Of a DNA stretch of 64,000 nt, positions 25,286 through 35,866 are shown piece after piece. The notes under the pieces were generated by a model. The model saw nothing but the letters and a program-made list of their open reading frames with translations, ran no database searches and was not told the origin of the DNA. Within the stretch, counting starts at the first letter, position 1; every line of letters starts with the position of its first letter. The translations under genes and the position numbers were made by a program. The stretch lies in the IMG/VR virus record IMGVR_UViG_3300042880_000420, positions 32,001 through 96,000 of that record; one strand, given 5' to 3'. This DNA comes from a virus.

Positions 25286-28200
25286 ATTTTTAAGATATTC
25301 TAACCAATTTTTATTATCTTTCTTAACAATAGGATTTAATGTAGATTGACCACCTATTGCAAACGTTTGTCCACCTTCTTCCCAAGTACCAAATCTTTTA
25401 TGCCAGTATAAAGGACTAAATGGATCTGTTGCTTTAGAACTGTTTTTACCACCCATTCTATTCCAGAAGTTTTCTCTTCTTTGTTCAGAATGGTGTTGTT
25501 TAAAATCTTGCATTCCTTTATATCCACCATGTACTACTTTATAATCATCACCTTTTTTAGCTAACACCATCCATTTTTTACCTGGTCTTGTACTTTGTTT
25601 TTTTGCACCTACACTAGTAAAGCCCATGTTTCTATATCTTTCTGGAATACCACCACCTTCAGCATAATTTGTATCTATAAAACTATTACCTCCTCTTGGT
25701 GCATAATGATGCTCACCTATATAATTTTGATCAACAACCCCTTCACTATCACCCATAAATTCTTGTCTTATAAAATTACCTTTTCTATCATATATATCTA
25801 CAGGATAAGTTCTTGGCTGTATTAAATTTGTTAAATTTACAGTTTGTTTTGGAGAAATTGGAAGTAATTCAGCACGTGTTACAATTTTAGGGTTAATTAA
25901 AGTAGGTGCTACCATTTCTAATCTTTTTAAATTAGTTTTTGGATGCACAAAAGTATTTATATTTGCAAATATAGGTAAATGATTATTATATTTATCTACA
26001 TGATTAGGATCAATACCTATCATAGTAGGATATTTTTTTTTCATATTATTCCAATAATTTATATCCACATCATTTTGTAACCACATTTTAGGTTTAGTTT
26101 GTCCTCCTGGTCCATACATAGAAATACCACCATATTCCATTTCTTCTATTGGAAGTTCCATCATTCCTTTAGTTTCAGGATTATACATCATATAATCAGA
26201 TACTGAATTTGCATAATCATCTACCATAGTAAGTTTAGAACTAACCCATGGTTCTAAATCAGAATTTGGTTGAATAAACTTACGAAGATTAGTTAGTTTA
26301 TTAATAGCAGCATCAATTTGACCAATAGCCATTTCACCATCAGGTTCCCCTCCACTACCATACATAGGAACATTCCCACCATTTTTATAATTCATACCAT
26401 ACATATCATTAGCTGCACGTTTATATCCTTTAGCCGCAAAATAATCAGCTATATCTTCTGTTGGAGTTTTAATATATTCTTGTCTTTGATCAGGTTGATA
26501 TATTAGTTGTCCAGGTGCTGTTCTTAACATAGTTGAATTATTTCTTAATGGATTAGAAAATGTTTCTATAATAGTAGGAGATACATAATTATCTCCAAAC
26601 CCCATTAATAAAGTAGACATATCATTACTATTAGGATTTTCTCCATCAATATATTTTGTAGGAATACCATTTTGATTACCAAATCCAGCAGCACGTTGCA
26701 TAAAATTTTTATCTTGATTTCTTTGTAATAAAACTTTAGAAATAGCATCCATGCTTGGATCATTTACCATAGGTTTTTTTGTTCTCCAATAAACTTCTTC
26801 TTCACCTCCATCTTGATAATGACTTTTAATTTTTCTTTCTTGATCCAACATTTGTTTTGTTGGTACTTTACCAGATCCTCTGTTATCCCTGATATTATCC
26901 CATAATCCACGTTTAGAATATGAACCATCTGCACGTTTAATCATTTCTCCACCTTGTTCTTTTTTAGGATAATATATTCTATTATATATTGAATACGGCA
27001 TACCTTTTGTTCTTTTTTGAGCAAAATCTTTTAAATCATATCTATCATAATATGATAAGTAATCCCCTTGTTTATCACGACCTCTACTAACACCAAATCT
27101 ACCTAATAAACCAGCTCCATCTTTTCCACTTATAGGGGTTTCAATTTCTGATTCATCCGTTTGTAAAATTTCTTTAAGTTTTACTTTATCTTTATACGAA
27201 TTAAATATATCTTGTTCAAGCTGAGGATCTACAGTATAATAATTTTTATCTACAGCATTAATTGTTGGTATATATTTAGATTTTTTTAAATACTTTAATT
27301 CATCTGGTGTACTTAAACCTAAATAAAATTTAAATGCTTCTTCACTTCTGGGGTCATAAGATTCCTCCCTTTGTTCATCCGAAACCCATCTTCCATAATT
27401 GCGTAAATCAAGATAACTAGAAGGATTAATTGTACGATAGGCTTTTTGTCTTTGAGGTAATGTTTCAGCAGGAAATGTTCTACTATTATAATTATTATAA
27501 GCATCTACATATGCTTTTTTTAAATTAGAAATAAACCCTCCTCCTCCTTGCATCATAGGATACTCTGTAACTGGAGCTTGGTTAAATGTATAATCACCTT
27601 CAGGTTGCATCATAATTTCTTGACCATCTGCACCAACTCCTAACACTGGATAGTTTACATCACGCATTGTAATATTAGGACTATCAATTTGTGTCACTTT
27701 ACCTGGATGAGCCCATTGTCCTCTGTTGTCTTTTATTACCCCACCTTCTCTCATCTTAATATCACCACCACATTTATGACATGTCATAGGTTCCATTCCA
27801 CCATCAGATAATTTCCATGACCAACCACAATTAGAACATGTTACTTTTCTATTTAGTGAATTTTTTGATACTAATCCACCATTTTTTCTTGAATCAATTA
27901 TTGTTTCAGCACCTAATGTTCCTAACAATCCTCTATTAAAATTAACTCCTCTCATTATTACAGGATTTGTAGCTTGATTAACATAAGGAGTTAAATGAAT
28001 ATATTCTCCACTTCTATTTCCTAAATTTGCTATTTTATTAGCATATGAACCTGGAGTTGTATTCCACATATCTCTTTTATATCCATAATTTTCAATAACT
28101 TTTGGTAAAAAAGCAGATGCAAAATTAATACCAGCACTTCCATAATTACCTTCTGCTACATCCATACCACCTTGAAATGCATCAATACCAGTACCTAAAA

Positions 28201-28525
28201 CATTTCCCCATTTTCCTACAAGTTGAGCTTGCGGGATAGGTATAAAATTACCTACCTGCATTATATCAGTTAATATATCAGCTCCTTTTACTGCTGATTT
28301 TACATTTTTTTTTAATGCATATGCTTTTCTATCTGCTTCACTAAGTGCTCTTCTTCCTGGAGTATCAGCATATCTATCTTCATTAAAAGAATAATACTTT
28401 GGTTGAGGAAGTCTGTTGCGAAACATTTCCTCTTCTGAAATAACTAAAGGCTTCCTATATGATGTATTATCTGATATAGGTACTACTTGTCTTCCATCTT
28501 GATATTTATCTAACCACTTTTTCAT
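25283..28525 (-). CDS. Modular polyprotein-like virion protein (1080 aa)
   Basis: About 12 xxxGG motifs separate unrelated small modules: CxxC/CxxC zinc ribbon, GLWDNIR basic module, EMA..Q/LEPWVSSKLT helical module, DUF5754-like module. Confidence 0.55.
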   Translation of the reverse strand: MKKWLDKYQDGRQVVPISDNTSYRKPLVISEEEMFRNRLPQPKYYSFNEDRYADTPGRRALSEADRKAYALKKNVKSAVKGADILTDIMQVGNFIPIPQAQLVGKWGNVLGTGIDAFQGGMDVAEGNYGSAGINFASAFLPKVIENYGYKRDMWNTTPGSYANKIANLGNRSGEYIHLTPYVNQATNPVIMRGVNFNRGLLGTLGAETIIDSRKNGGLVSKNSLNRKVTCSNCGWSWKLSDGGMEPMTCHKCGGDIKMREGGVIKDNRGQWAHPGKVTQIDSPNITMRDVNYPVLGVGADGQEIMMQPEGDYTFNQAPVTEYPMMQGGGGFISNLKKAYVDAYNNYNSRTFPAETLPQRQKAYRTINPSSYLDLRNYGRWVSDEQREESYDPRSEEAFKFYLGLSTPDELKYLKKSKYIPTINAVDKNYYTVDPQLEQDIFNSYKDKVKLKEILQTDESEIETPISGKDGAGLLGRFGVSRGRDKQGDYLSYYDRYDLKDFAQKRTKGMPYSIYNRIYYPKKEQGGEMIKRADGSYSKRGLWDNIRDNRGSGKVPTKQMLDQERKIKSHYQDGGEEEVYWRTKKPMVNDPSMDAISKVLLQRNQDKNFMQRAAGFGNQNGIPTKYIDGENPNSNDMSTLLMGFGDNYVSPTIIETFSNPLRNNSTMLRTAPGQLIYQPDQRQEYIKTPTEDIADYFAAKGYKRAANDMYGMNYKNGGNVPMYGSGGEPDGEMAIGQIDAAINKLTNLRKFIQPNSDLEPWVSSKLTMVDDYANSVSDYMMYNPETKGMMELPIEEMEYGGISMYGPGGQTKPKMWLQNDVDINYWNNMKKKYPTMIGIDPNHVDKYNNHLPIFANINTFVHPKTNLKRLEMVAPTLINPKIVTRAELLPISPKQTVNLTNLIQPRTYPVDIYDRKGNFIRQEFMGDSEGVVDQNYIGEHHYAPRGGNSFIDTNYAEGGGIPERYRNMGFTSVGAKKQSTRPGKKWMVLAKKGDDYKVVHGGYKGMQDFKQHHSEQRRENFWNRMGGKNSSKATDPFSPLYWHKRFGTWEEGGQTFAIGGQSTLNPIVKKDNKNWLEYLKN

Positions 28526-28531
28526 TTACTA

Positions 28532-31500
28532 TTATTTTTGAGATATTTGAAGTTTTGTATTAATAAATTTGAATATCATTTTAATATCCCCTCTTCCATC
28601 TACACCTTCTTTTCTTATTTCTGGAGGATTCTTTCTAAGAAGCACCTTGCTTACATTGTGTCTAAATTTCTTTTTCTGTGTAGACGACTTATAATAATCT
28701 ACACTAAAAGGATTTACAAACCAGTTATATCCATTAGGAAATGTTGTTGTAAGAATATTTTCGACACCACTAAATTCTCCTCTGTCTTTTGTAATATCAT
28801 TAAACTGATTAAATCTATATTTTTGTTCTTCTTTAGAGAATAATATTTCTGTAGATCCTGTAGGATTAATTATTGGATAATTAAGATATTGGAAAGGATT
28901 AGACTTAGATTTTAAATTAAGATTAAGCAATCCAGATATTTGTTCTGAGTTATAAACAATAGCTGAATCAAAGTTATAATCTAATAAATGAAACTTATCT
29001 TGTCCATTAGCACTATACTTATATGCTTCTAAATAATATTCTACATTACGCATTGTAGTAACAGTAGTTCCTGTTGGAAATGCATATTCTATTTCAAATG
29101 GATGATAGGTACCATAAAAATTACAAAAATCATCCCATCTGTCGTTATGTCTCCACAATCCAGTTTGTGTTTGAAAACAAGTTTTATATGCTGTATAAAA
29201 ATGTCTCTTAGAAGGAAGCATAAATGTAGGATGCCAATCATGAAAACTAATCCATTGTTTATTCTTTACATCATAAGAAATAGTCCAAGATGCATCTTCA
29301 AAATATGCAGGGTCACATAATGAAATAGGAATTTTAGAAAAAACACTAACAGGAGGAAGTATTTCTGTGTTATATTCTAAAGATTCTGTTAATGTATATA
29401 CACACACAGGTTCTTCCACACCATATGTATATTCTAAAACACCAGCACCTGAACAAGTATATTCATAATCTATAAATTCAGATTTATCATTTGTTGTAAA
29501 TATTACATTAAGATCAGAAAATGAAGTTGCATTTAATATTTCAAATTGTGTATTATCTATTAATGCAGCACCAAATCCTTCATAGGAGCCCTCAAGCTTT
29601 AATGTGTTGTTAACTTCAGTTATCTGTATAGGATAGATATGAAGATATGTATTAGATACATCATCACCAGATGAACCCGGAAGTCTACTATCAGCATTCA
29701 TTGCAGCAAGATCTGGATCTAATATTACCTGACCATTTAATGTAATTCTAAAATTAGTATATGCTGTAGTAGGGTCTACACTATAAGAACATATTGCAAC
29801 ATAATAAATCTTTTCATTAGGTACATTATTCAAATAAATATTATATGTAATTGTATCATTAGGAATACCAGATGTAGCTGTTGTCTTAATCATTAGATAG
29901 TTTACAGGTCCATCTGAAGATGTTCCTGTATCATTAATCCAAAAATTATTAAGTTGTCCAATATTAGTGTATGTACCAACAGCTGAACCATTATATCCAA
30001 GATCATACAATGCAGTTCCTAATGTGCCATATGTTACACTTCCTAAAGGTTCTGTAGAATAATTAGTTGTAGATATTACAGGTGGCTCTGTTGTAACTTG
30101 TTGACATTGACCATTTATATACTGATATCCAGGAGGACAGTCATATGTATATAATGGCTCTACATTAACATTTATATTTCCATTATTTAAATAAAATCCA
30201 AATGCAGGATCGTATTGTATATCATTACGTTTTGGTATATAGTCTCTTTTAGAAAAATATACCACCTCATTAATATTGTCATATACAGTTGTTATACCAG
30301 CACCAATAACAGGATTATCACTTAAATTAAAATTAGGAAAATAATTAATAAGTTGTAAAGGAAGATATCTGCTAAACCACCATTTCATATTTGATTTAGA
30401 AATTTCTTCAAGTTGTCCCGTGTATGCAAAAATCTTACCTTGGTCTTGACTTACATAGAATACACCATAAGGTGTAGATGTAATACCCCATCTGCTTTGA
30501 CATGAACCATATTCATATATTTGGTCTGAATTAACAAGACTCTGTAAAGGTTGATTAAATAATCCTCCATCTCCAATTGTTACTTTAATTCCTGTATCTG
30601 TTTGTAAACTATCAACACCCATAATTTGCATTGGGGATTGTCTATCTAACATTATTAAAGCACCTGTTTTATTTATTTGTTTTACAGAAGTAACTTTAGT
30701 AGGCATGTCTTTATAGTTATTAACTAAAAAACTTTGCCAATTATCACGTTTAAGTTCTTCTTGTTGCGGTAAAGAATATTGAATTCTTCTTGGATAATAA
30801 GTGTAACATGTAGCCGCTACAAGTGGATTAAATGAACGTGGTAAAACTTGACCCCATGTAACAAATTGATTATACATTCTAGATACAGAAAGAGAATAAT
30901 CATACTTATAAAATGCTGAAAATTTTACATAATCGCTTCTAAATAATGTAACAAGGTCTGTGTATCCATAAGGATCATAAAATCTTTTGCTTGCTTCATC
31001 TTCCCAATCTCTATATCCAACATTCACTTCAGATTCTACAAAAAAATCTCTTACACCATTGCAAAATAAATAAAAGTTAGCAGCATCTACTTTCCAACCA
31101 GGATCGCCATTATAATCTTTACCAACAATAGTACCTCCTTTGTTAAGTCTATAATATTTTTTAGGGCTTATTAAAATAGAATTGTCCACATATTGTTTTC
31201 TATTATCTACAAAATAATATGTACCGACAATATTTTGATATTGTAAATAGTTATATGTAACATCTTCCGGTTGTTCAATAAGCCAATCATTAAAATATAA
31301 ATAATTATTTTTCTCTGTGTACCGGTTTAAATATATGTCACCACCGAATAATATTGGTACTTCATTTATTGTATATACACAACTAGAAATGGGAATTTGT
31401 CTAATAGAATCAATCTGCCCATACTGCGATGCAAAATCTACTTTAATTGCACCATAATTAGATGATATTGTTCTTGTAAAACAATCCCCATTTACACCTA

Positions 31501-33922
31501 ATATATTTTTAGAATCATCTACAATACCAGGATTAGGCATTGCTGAATTTAATTTCATAATTATATATGGATTTCTATATAAATTATTTACAGAAAGTCC
31601 GTCAAATGATTGCACACTATCTTTTATATATCCATAATCAGATGTTGAAATTGTACTTGTTGTTGGGTTAAATGAGTTGTAAAATCCATGTGAATTAAAC
31701 TGTGCGGCTAATTGCTCAGGTCCAATTAATGATGTAACAAGTTCTGCTAATTTTTGTCCATTTGCTTTTAATCCTACAGCAATTTGCCATGCGGCTGTTA
31801 TCACTGTATTTGCAAAAATTCTAGCAATATATGATGCATTTCCAAATGTGTCTGGAGCTGAACCTATATTTACACCTAGTGTTAAATTATAAGGCATATC
31901 TGAATTACCTTGAACAGTAATTGGTTCAGCACCTAAAGCAGCACTAAGAGTTTGAAATGCAGCTACTGTAATTGCAAAAATATTAACTAAATCAGCACTA
32001 CGTTGACCAAGCAATTTAAATTCCGGATGTTTATATGGAGCAGAATAACATCCAGACATTTGCCCATATGTATATCCATATATTCTTAAATTAAATGCAC
32101 CTATGTATGGATTTTGAAATGTTGTGTCTGGTGAATGAAATGTTGCATAATTTGTTAATGCAGTCATTCCAACAGCACTTTCATAAAATGGATCTATTGT
32201 ACTAATATCATTATAAGGATAGTTTTGCATTAAAACTTGTTGTCCTGTAGGATTGCTTGTTTTAGCATCTATAATATTGTATATCTCCATGTTGTTAACC
32301 ATACCTTTGGCAATAACAGACTTATATCCTTCTCTTGAACCCCTTAATATTTCATATCCAACTATTGAATCTATTATATTTCCATTAATATCTTTAGGAG
32401 CTGTAATACCTTCAAATGATACACCAAGCACTCTAATCTTACCACCACCATTTGTAAAATGATTATCCAATGCATTATCAGGAAACTTATGATGTCTTAT
32501 ATTTTTTCCACATAAATCAAATGAACCATTACCTGTACTGTTAGGTTGATTCCATACAACAGGATTATCATCAGGATATTTTTCTGTAGATTGCCAATAT
32601 CCCATATATCCTGTTTTAACTAAAATACCACCATCGAGTTGTAACAAATTGGGAGATGCAGTAATTGTTGCAGTGTTTTTAGTTTGCCAGTTGGTATCGT
32701 TTATACCACTGTAATTAATAGGTCTACCGGGAATATGATAAGATGCAGATCTATCCCCAGTATTATATATCCATCTTATAAAAAATGAATACACCTCATC
32801 TCTCATGTATCCAACATTAGAACCAGCTTTATGATAATAATCTTCAGGATATTCTACGGAATTCCACTTTGAAATAATTTTATTAGCTTGTGGTTGATAG
32901 TTAAAATCAGGTTTTGTATATATACCTGTTCTTAATAAATAATTTTGTAAAGGATAAATTCCATCTGATTTTTCTATAGCAGGTGTTATAAGTGGTAAAT
33001 TAGCTATTGGTACAGTTACTAAACTAGGATCTAAACTATCAATATAAATAACAGATTGTCTTGTTGAATATACACCTAATTGTTTTGCTACTGTTTGTGA
33101 ATTGACAATAGAAATTACAACCACCTCCATTTCAGTAAAGTCCGGATCTGTATTAGATACACTCAGCTTAATAGCTCCACCTACACCACTATGACTCCAT
33201 ATAGATACAGGATTAGAAACCATAAGATAGTCCGTCACTTTGATTTGATTAATCATATAAGCAATAGCCACTTGATATGTACCATTTTGTAATGTTCCAG
33301 ACCCACTTCCTTTTTCAACTCGTAAACATGGTGTGTTTAATAATGGAGCAAGTCTTAATTGTTCACAATTTAATTGTGTAGTGTCTGTACATGTAACACA
33401 ACCTGTAGGAGAACCTGCTGGCCAAATTCCTGGAGGATTTGATATGCTGACATTGTTATCATCAACGCAAACTTGTTTCCAAGGAATATTATTAATATCC
33501 ATCACTCTATCTGGATTATTTCCATCAGACCAATATATTTTTTCTGAACAGTCAAATGTTCTTCTTGAAGCCCCTGTTATTAAATGCTTGGTATTAAAAC
33601 TTAAACAATCATCATTAACCAATGTTGTATAGGTGCAAGTTAATTCATTAAAAATACCTATCTCAGAATTAACATCATTTGTAGTAAATATTGCCCATCT
33701 ATTTTCGTCTAAAGAAATACAACCAATTAATGTATATGGAAGATTAACACAAAAAAGATTGGAAGGTTCATTACCTACTACGCCAACCTGACCATCATGA
33801 GAATTATTAACTAAATTCCTAGCATGTGTCCATTGCCCTTCGCCAATAAAAGTATCATTAGGATCTTTAAGCATCCCTTTGGTAAACGAATTCAGTTGAT
33901 TTGGTGTTTCTTTATTTGCCAT
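28532..33922 (-). CDS. Tail stabilisation / muzzle protein (crAss-like, P22 gp10-related)
   Basis: N-terminal SFTKGMLKD...ARNL...VGNEPSN, GYMRDEVYSFFIRW, RHHKFPD and SWTISYD...WISFHDWHP beta-propeller-type segments; position after the ring proteins. Confidence 0.75.
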   Translation of the reverse strand: MANKETPNQLNSFTKGMLKDPNDTFIGEGQWTHARNLVNNSHDGQVGVVGNEPSNLFCVNLPYTLIGCISLDENRWAIFTTNDVNSEIGIFNELTCTYTTLVNDDCLSFNTKHLITGASRRTFDCSEKIYWSDGNNPDRVMDINNIPWKQVCVDDNNVSISNPPGIWPAGSPTGCVTCTDTTQLNCEQLRLAPLLNTPCLRVEKGSGSGTLQNGTYQVAIAYMINQIKVTDYLMVSNPVSIWSHSGVGGAIKLSVSNTDPDFTEMEVVVISIVNSQTVAKQLGVYSTRQSVIYIDSLDPSLVTVPIANLPLITPAIEKSDGIYPLQNYLLRTGIYTKPDFNYQPQANKIISKWNSVEYPEDYYHKAGSNVGYMRDEVYSFFIRWIYNTGDRSASYHIPGRPINYSGINDTNWQTKNTATITASPNLLQLDGGILVKTGYMGYWQSTEKYPDDNPVVWNQPNSTGNGSFDLCGKNIRHHKFPDNALDNHFTNGGGKIRVLGVSFEGITAPKDINGNIIDSIVGYEILRGSREGYKSVIAKGMVNNMEIYNIIDAKTSNPTGQQVLMQNYPYNDISTIDPFYESAVGMTALTNYATFHSPDTTFQNPYIGAFNLRIYGYTYGQMSGCYSAPYKHPEFKLLGQRSADLVNIFAITVAAFQTLSAALGAEPITVQGNSDMPYNLTLGVNIGSAPDTFGNASYIARIFANTVITAAWQIAVGLKANGQKLAELVTSLIGPEQLAAQFNSHGFYNSFNPTTSTISTSDYGYIKDSVQSFDGLSVNNLYRNPYIIMKLNSAMPNPGIVDDSKNILGVNGDCFTRTISSNYGAIKVDFASQYGQIDSIRQIPISSCVYTINEVPILFGGDIYLNRYTEKNNYLYFNDWLIEQPEDVTYNYLQYQNIVGTYYFVDNRKQYVDNSILISPKKYYRLNKGGTIVGKDYNGDPGWKVDAANFYLFCNGVRDFFVESEVNVGYRDWEDEASKRFYDPYGYTDLVTLFRSDYVKFSAFYKYDYSLSVSRMYNQFVTWGQVLPRSFNPLVAATCYTYYPRRIQYSLPQQEELKRDNWQSFLVNNYKDMPTKVTSVKQINKTGALIMLDRQSPMQIMGVDSLQTDTGIKVTIGDGGLFNQPLQSLVNSDQIYEYGSCQSRWGITSTPYGVFYVSQDQGKIFAYTGQLEEISKSNMKWWFSRYLPLQLINYFPNFNLSDNPVIGAGITTVYDNINEVVYFSKRDYIPKRNDIQYDPAFGFYLNNGNINVNVEPLYTYDCPPGYQYINGQCQQVTTEPPVISTTNYSTEPLGSVTYGTLGTALYDLGYNGSAVGTYTNIGQLNNFWINDTGTSSDGPVNYLMIKTTATSGIPNDTITYNIYLNNVPNEKIYYVAICSYSVDPTTAYTNFRITLNGQVILDPDLAAMNADSRLPGSSGDDVSNTYLHIYPIQITEVNNTLKLEGSYEGFGAALIDNTQFEILNATSFSDLNVIFTTNDKSEFIDYEYTCSGAGVLEYTYGVEEPVCVYTLTESLEYNTEILPPVSVFSKIPISLCDPAYFEDASWTISYDVKNKQWISFHDWHPTFMLPSKRHFYTAYKTCFQTQTGLWRHNDRWDDFCNFYGTYHPFEIEYAFPTGTTVTTMRNVEYYLEAYKYSANGQDKFHLLDYNFDSAIVYNSEQISGLLNLNLKSKSNPFQYLNYPIINPTGSTEILFSKEEQKYRFNQFNDITKDRGEFSGVENILTTTFPNGYNWFVNPFSVDYYKSSTQKKKFRHNVSKVLLRKNPPEIRKEGVDGRGDIKMIFKFINTKLQISQK

Positions 33923-33923
33923 C

Positions 33924-34277
33924 TTACTTAATTTCTAATTTCTTTTTTTTAATAAAAGAATATGCTTGTTCAGTAAGAAAATCACATAGCCAAGCTTGTG
34001 TTTCTTCATCTACAACATCTCTGTCTTCTGTTATTCTAACTGCAGCATGATAAATTTCGTGTGCAATTGTGTTATGTGAAAGATATTTCTGTTCTATAAT
34101 TAAATAATAAGACTCCATTTCAGCACTAATCAATATTCCTTCTAATTCATAATCATTATTTGAAGTAACATTATATTTTTTGTAAACCTTATCTACTTCT
34201 TTTTTTATATTATCAGAAATAATAAATTGTAATTTACAATTAAATGTTTCAATATTTATTATCTTTTTAACTATCAT
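33924..34277 (-). CDS. Small zincin-like metallopeptidase (HExxH)
   Basis: TIAHEIYHAA...DEETQAWL: HExxH plus a downstream Glu. Confidence 0.6.
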   Translation of the reverse strand: MIVKKIINIETFNCKLQFIISDNIKKEVDKVYKKYNVTSNNDYELEGILISAEMESYYLIIEQKYLSHNTIAHEIYHAAVRITEDRDVVDEETQAWLCDFLTEQAYSFIKKKKLEIK

Positions 34278-35161
34278 TACAAATTTATATAATATGATTT
34301 AAACATATTGTAATACTTACCGTACATTGCTTCTCTGTTCATTTTCCAAACATTATACATTTCTTTAAAGTCAGGAGTATTTACAATAGTGAGAGCATTG
34401 TTTCTTGCAGGTCTCATTCTTTGTTCAACCAATTGCATTCTTTGTGTAACATCTTCACCATTCATGTATAGATTTTCAAGAATACGTTGTTTAATCGCAT
34501 ATTCATAATATTCATTAATCATAGGATGATCTAATACAAGAAGATTACCATTCTCATCTTCTAAGTTACCCAAATAGTTTACATACACGGTACCTGTTTC
34601 AATTCCTATAACGTATAAATATCCATCTCTGAGTTCTGCTTCCATCCAATTGTCATATTCTGGTTTCTTAGAACATATAGGATCTACTGCTCTAGCAGGT
34701 CTTACCCAAAGTCTCTTAAACTCTCTAAATTCTCTTGTTAAATAATTTCTTTTTTCTATAACTTTTACATAAGTGTCTTCACACACTACATAAGTACTTT
34801 CACAAGCACATGTAGATTCAGGTTCTTTGCAAGTATTACAACATGTTGCTGTTGGTTCTACTATAACATTTTCTGTATGTCTTCCTTGCATCACTTCTTC
34901 TTTTACATGATAGTCAGCACAAAGAACAGCCATAGTAAGTACATAAAAATCATCTGGAAGTTTAACTCTACCGTTTATGATTTCTAAAACTTTTTGTTTT
35001 TCAGTGTTAATTCTAAGTCCAAGATCATAATTAATTCTTTGTGCAACTTTAATAAGTTGACCAGGCTCAATCATACCTTCAATTTCATAAGTGAAAAAGT
35101 CAGTGCGTACCTCATCCATTAACTCATCAAATGTTCTATATTTTACAAATGTGTTTGCCAT
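34277..35161 (-). CDS. Tail ring / tail tubular protein (P22 gp4-like)
   Basis: LEIINGRVKLPDDF...VYVNYLGNLEDENGNLLVLDHP...YEYAIKQR; position just upstream of the muzzle as in crAss-like phages. Confidence 0.6.
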   Translation of the reverse strand: MANTFVKYRTFDELMDEVRTDFFTYEIEGMIEPGQLIKVAQRINYDLGLRINTEKQKVLEIINGRVKLPDDFYVLTMAVLCADYHVKEEVMQGRHTENVIVEPTATCCNTCKEPESTCACESTYVVCEDTYVKVIEKRNYLTREFREFKRLWVRPARAVDPICSKKPEYDNWMEAELRDGYLYVIGIETGTVYVNYLGNLEDENGNLLVLDHPMINEYYEYAIKQRILENLYMNGEDVTQRMQLVEQRMRPARNNALTIVNTPDFKEMYNVWKMNREAMYGKYYNMFKSYYINL

Positions 35162-35163
35162 TT

Positions 35164-35856
35164 TTATCTTGATATATTTTTATTATCTTGGGTGTTATCT
35201 GTAGGTATCTGTAGCATAATACCAAGATCTTTCATAACATTAGACTCTATTTCACCATACAAATAATCAGGAACATTAAATGCAGAATCTTGTCTAGATG
35301 CACAATTGTATTCTTGGTTTTCATTACATGTAATACATTTATACTTAGATATATCATCTTCAAACACTCCTTCTATTCTTACACTAGGCCATATAATATC
35401 TGGAAAATATAAATGATCATTTAAATACCAATAATAATTTGTTTTGTTATATTTAAAATTTTTAGAATTAGACATTTGTACATACTGTGTAGGACTAATT
35501 GGTTGTAAATCAATTTGACCATCTAAAGAAGTCACTTGTCTAATAAGTGGTCCCCAGTACCCTTGCATAAAAATTGGAATATTTTCTTTTGTTCTCATAA
35601 CTGTTATATTAGTTTTTAAACCAGTACAACCTGCTTCTATCCTATCTACCTCAATTAATTCAACATTATCAAGTGTTTGTATAATTGAATTAAATTTCAT
35701 AAGATTACTTTTAGAATCTTCTCTTTTCATTAACCACTTTGCGTGTTTAGAAACAATGCTATAAAGAAATCTGTCCGTAAGAAATGCATCCTGACGAACT
35801 GCTTTTATTTGGTTTCTAACCCTTGATAATACTTCTCCAATTGTTGTCTTGCTCAT
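35164..35856 (-). CDS. Tail ring protein
   Basis: YYWYLNDHLYFP...VRIEGVFED pattern and synteny with crAss-like ring genes. Confidence 0.55.
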   Translation of the reverse strand: MSKTTIGEVLSRVRNQIKAVRQDAFLTDRFLYSIVSKHAKWLMKREDSKSNLMKFNSIIQTLDNVELIEVDRIEAGCTGLKTNITVMRTKENIPIFMQGYWGPLIRQVTSLDGQIDLQPISPTQYVQMSNSKNFKYNKTNYYWYLNDHLYFPDIIWPSVRIEGVFEDDISKYKCITCNENQEYNCASRQDSAFNVPDYLYGEIESNVMKDLGIMLQIPTDNTQDNKNISR

Positions 35857-35866
35857 TTTATTATTA

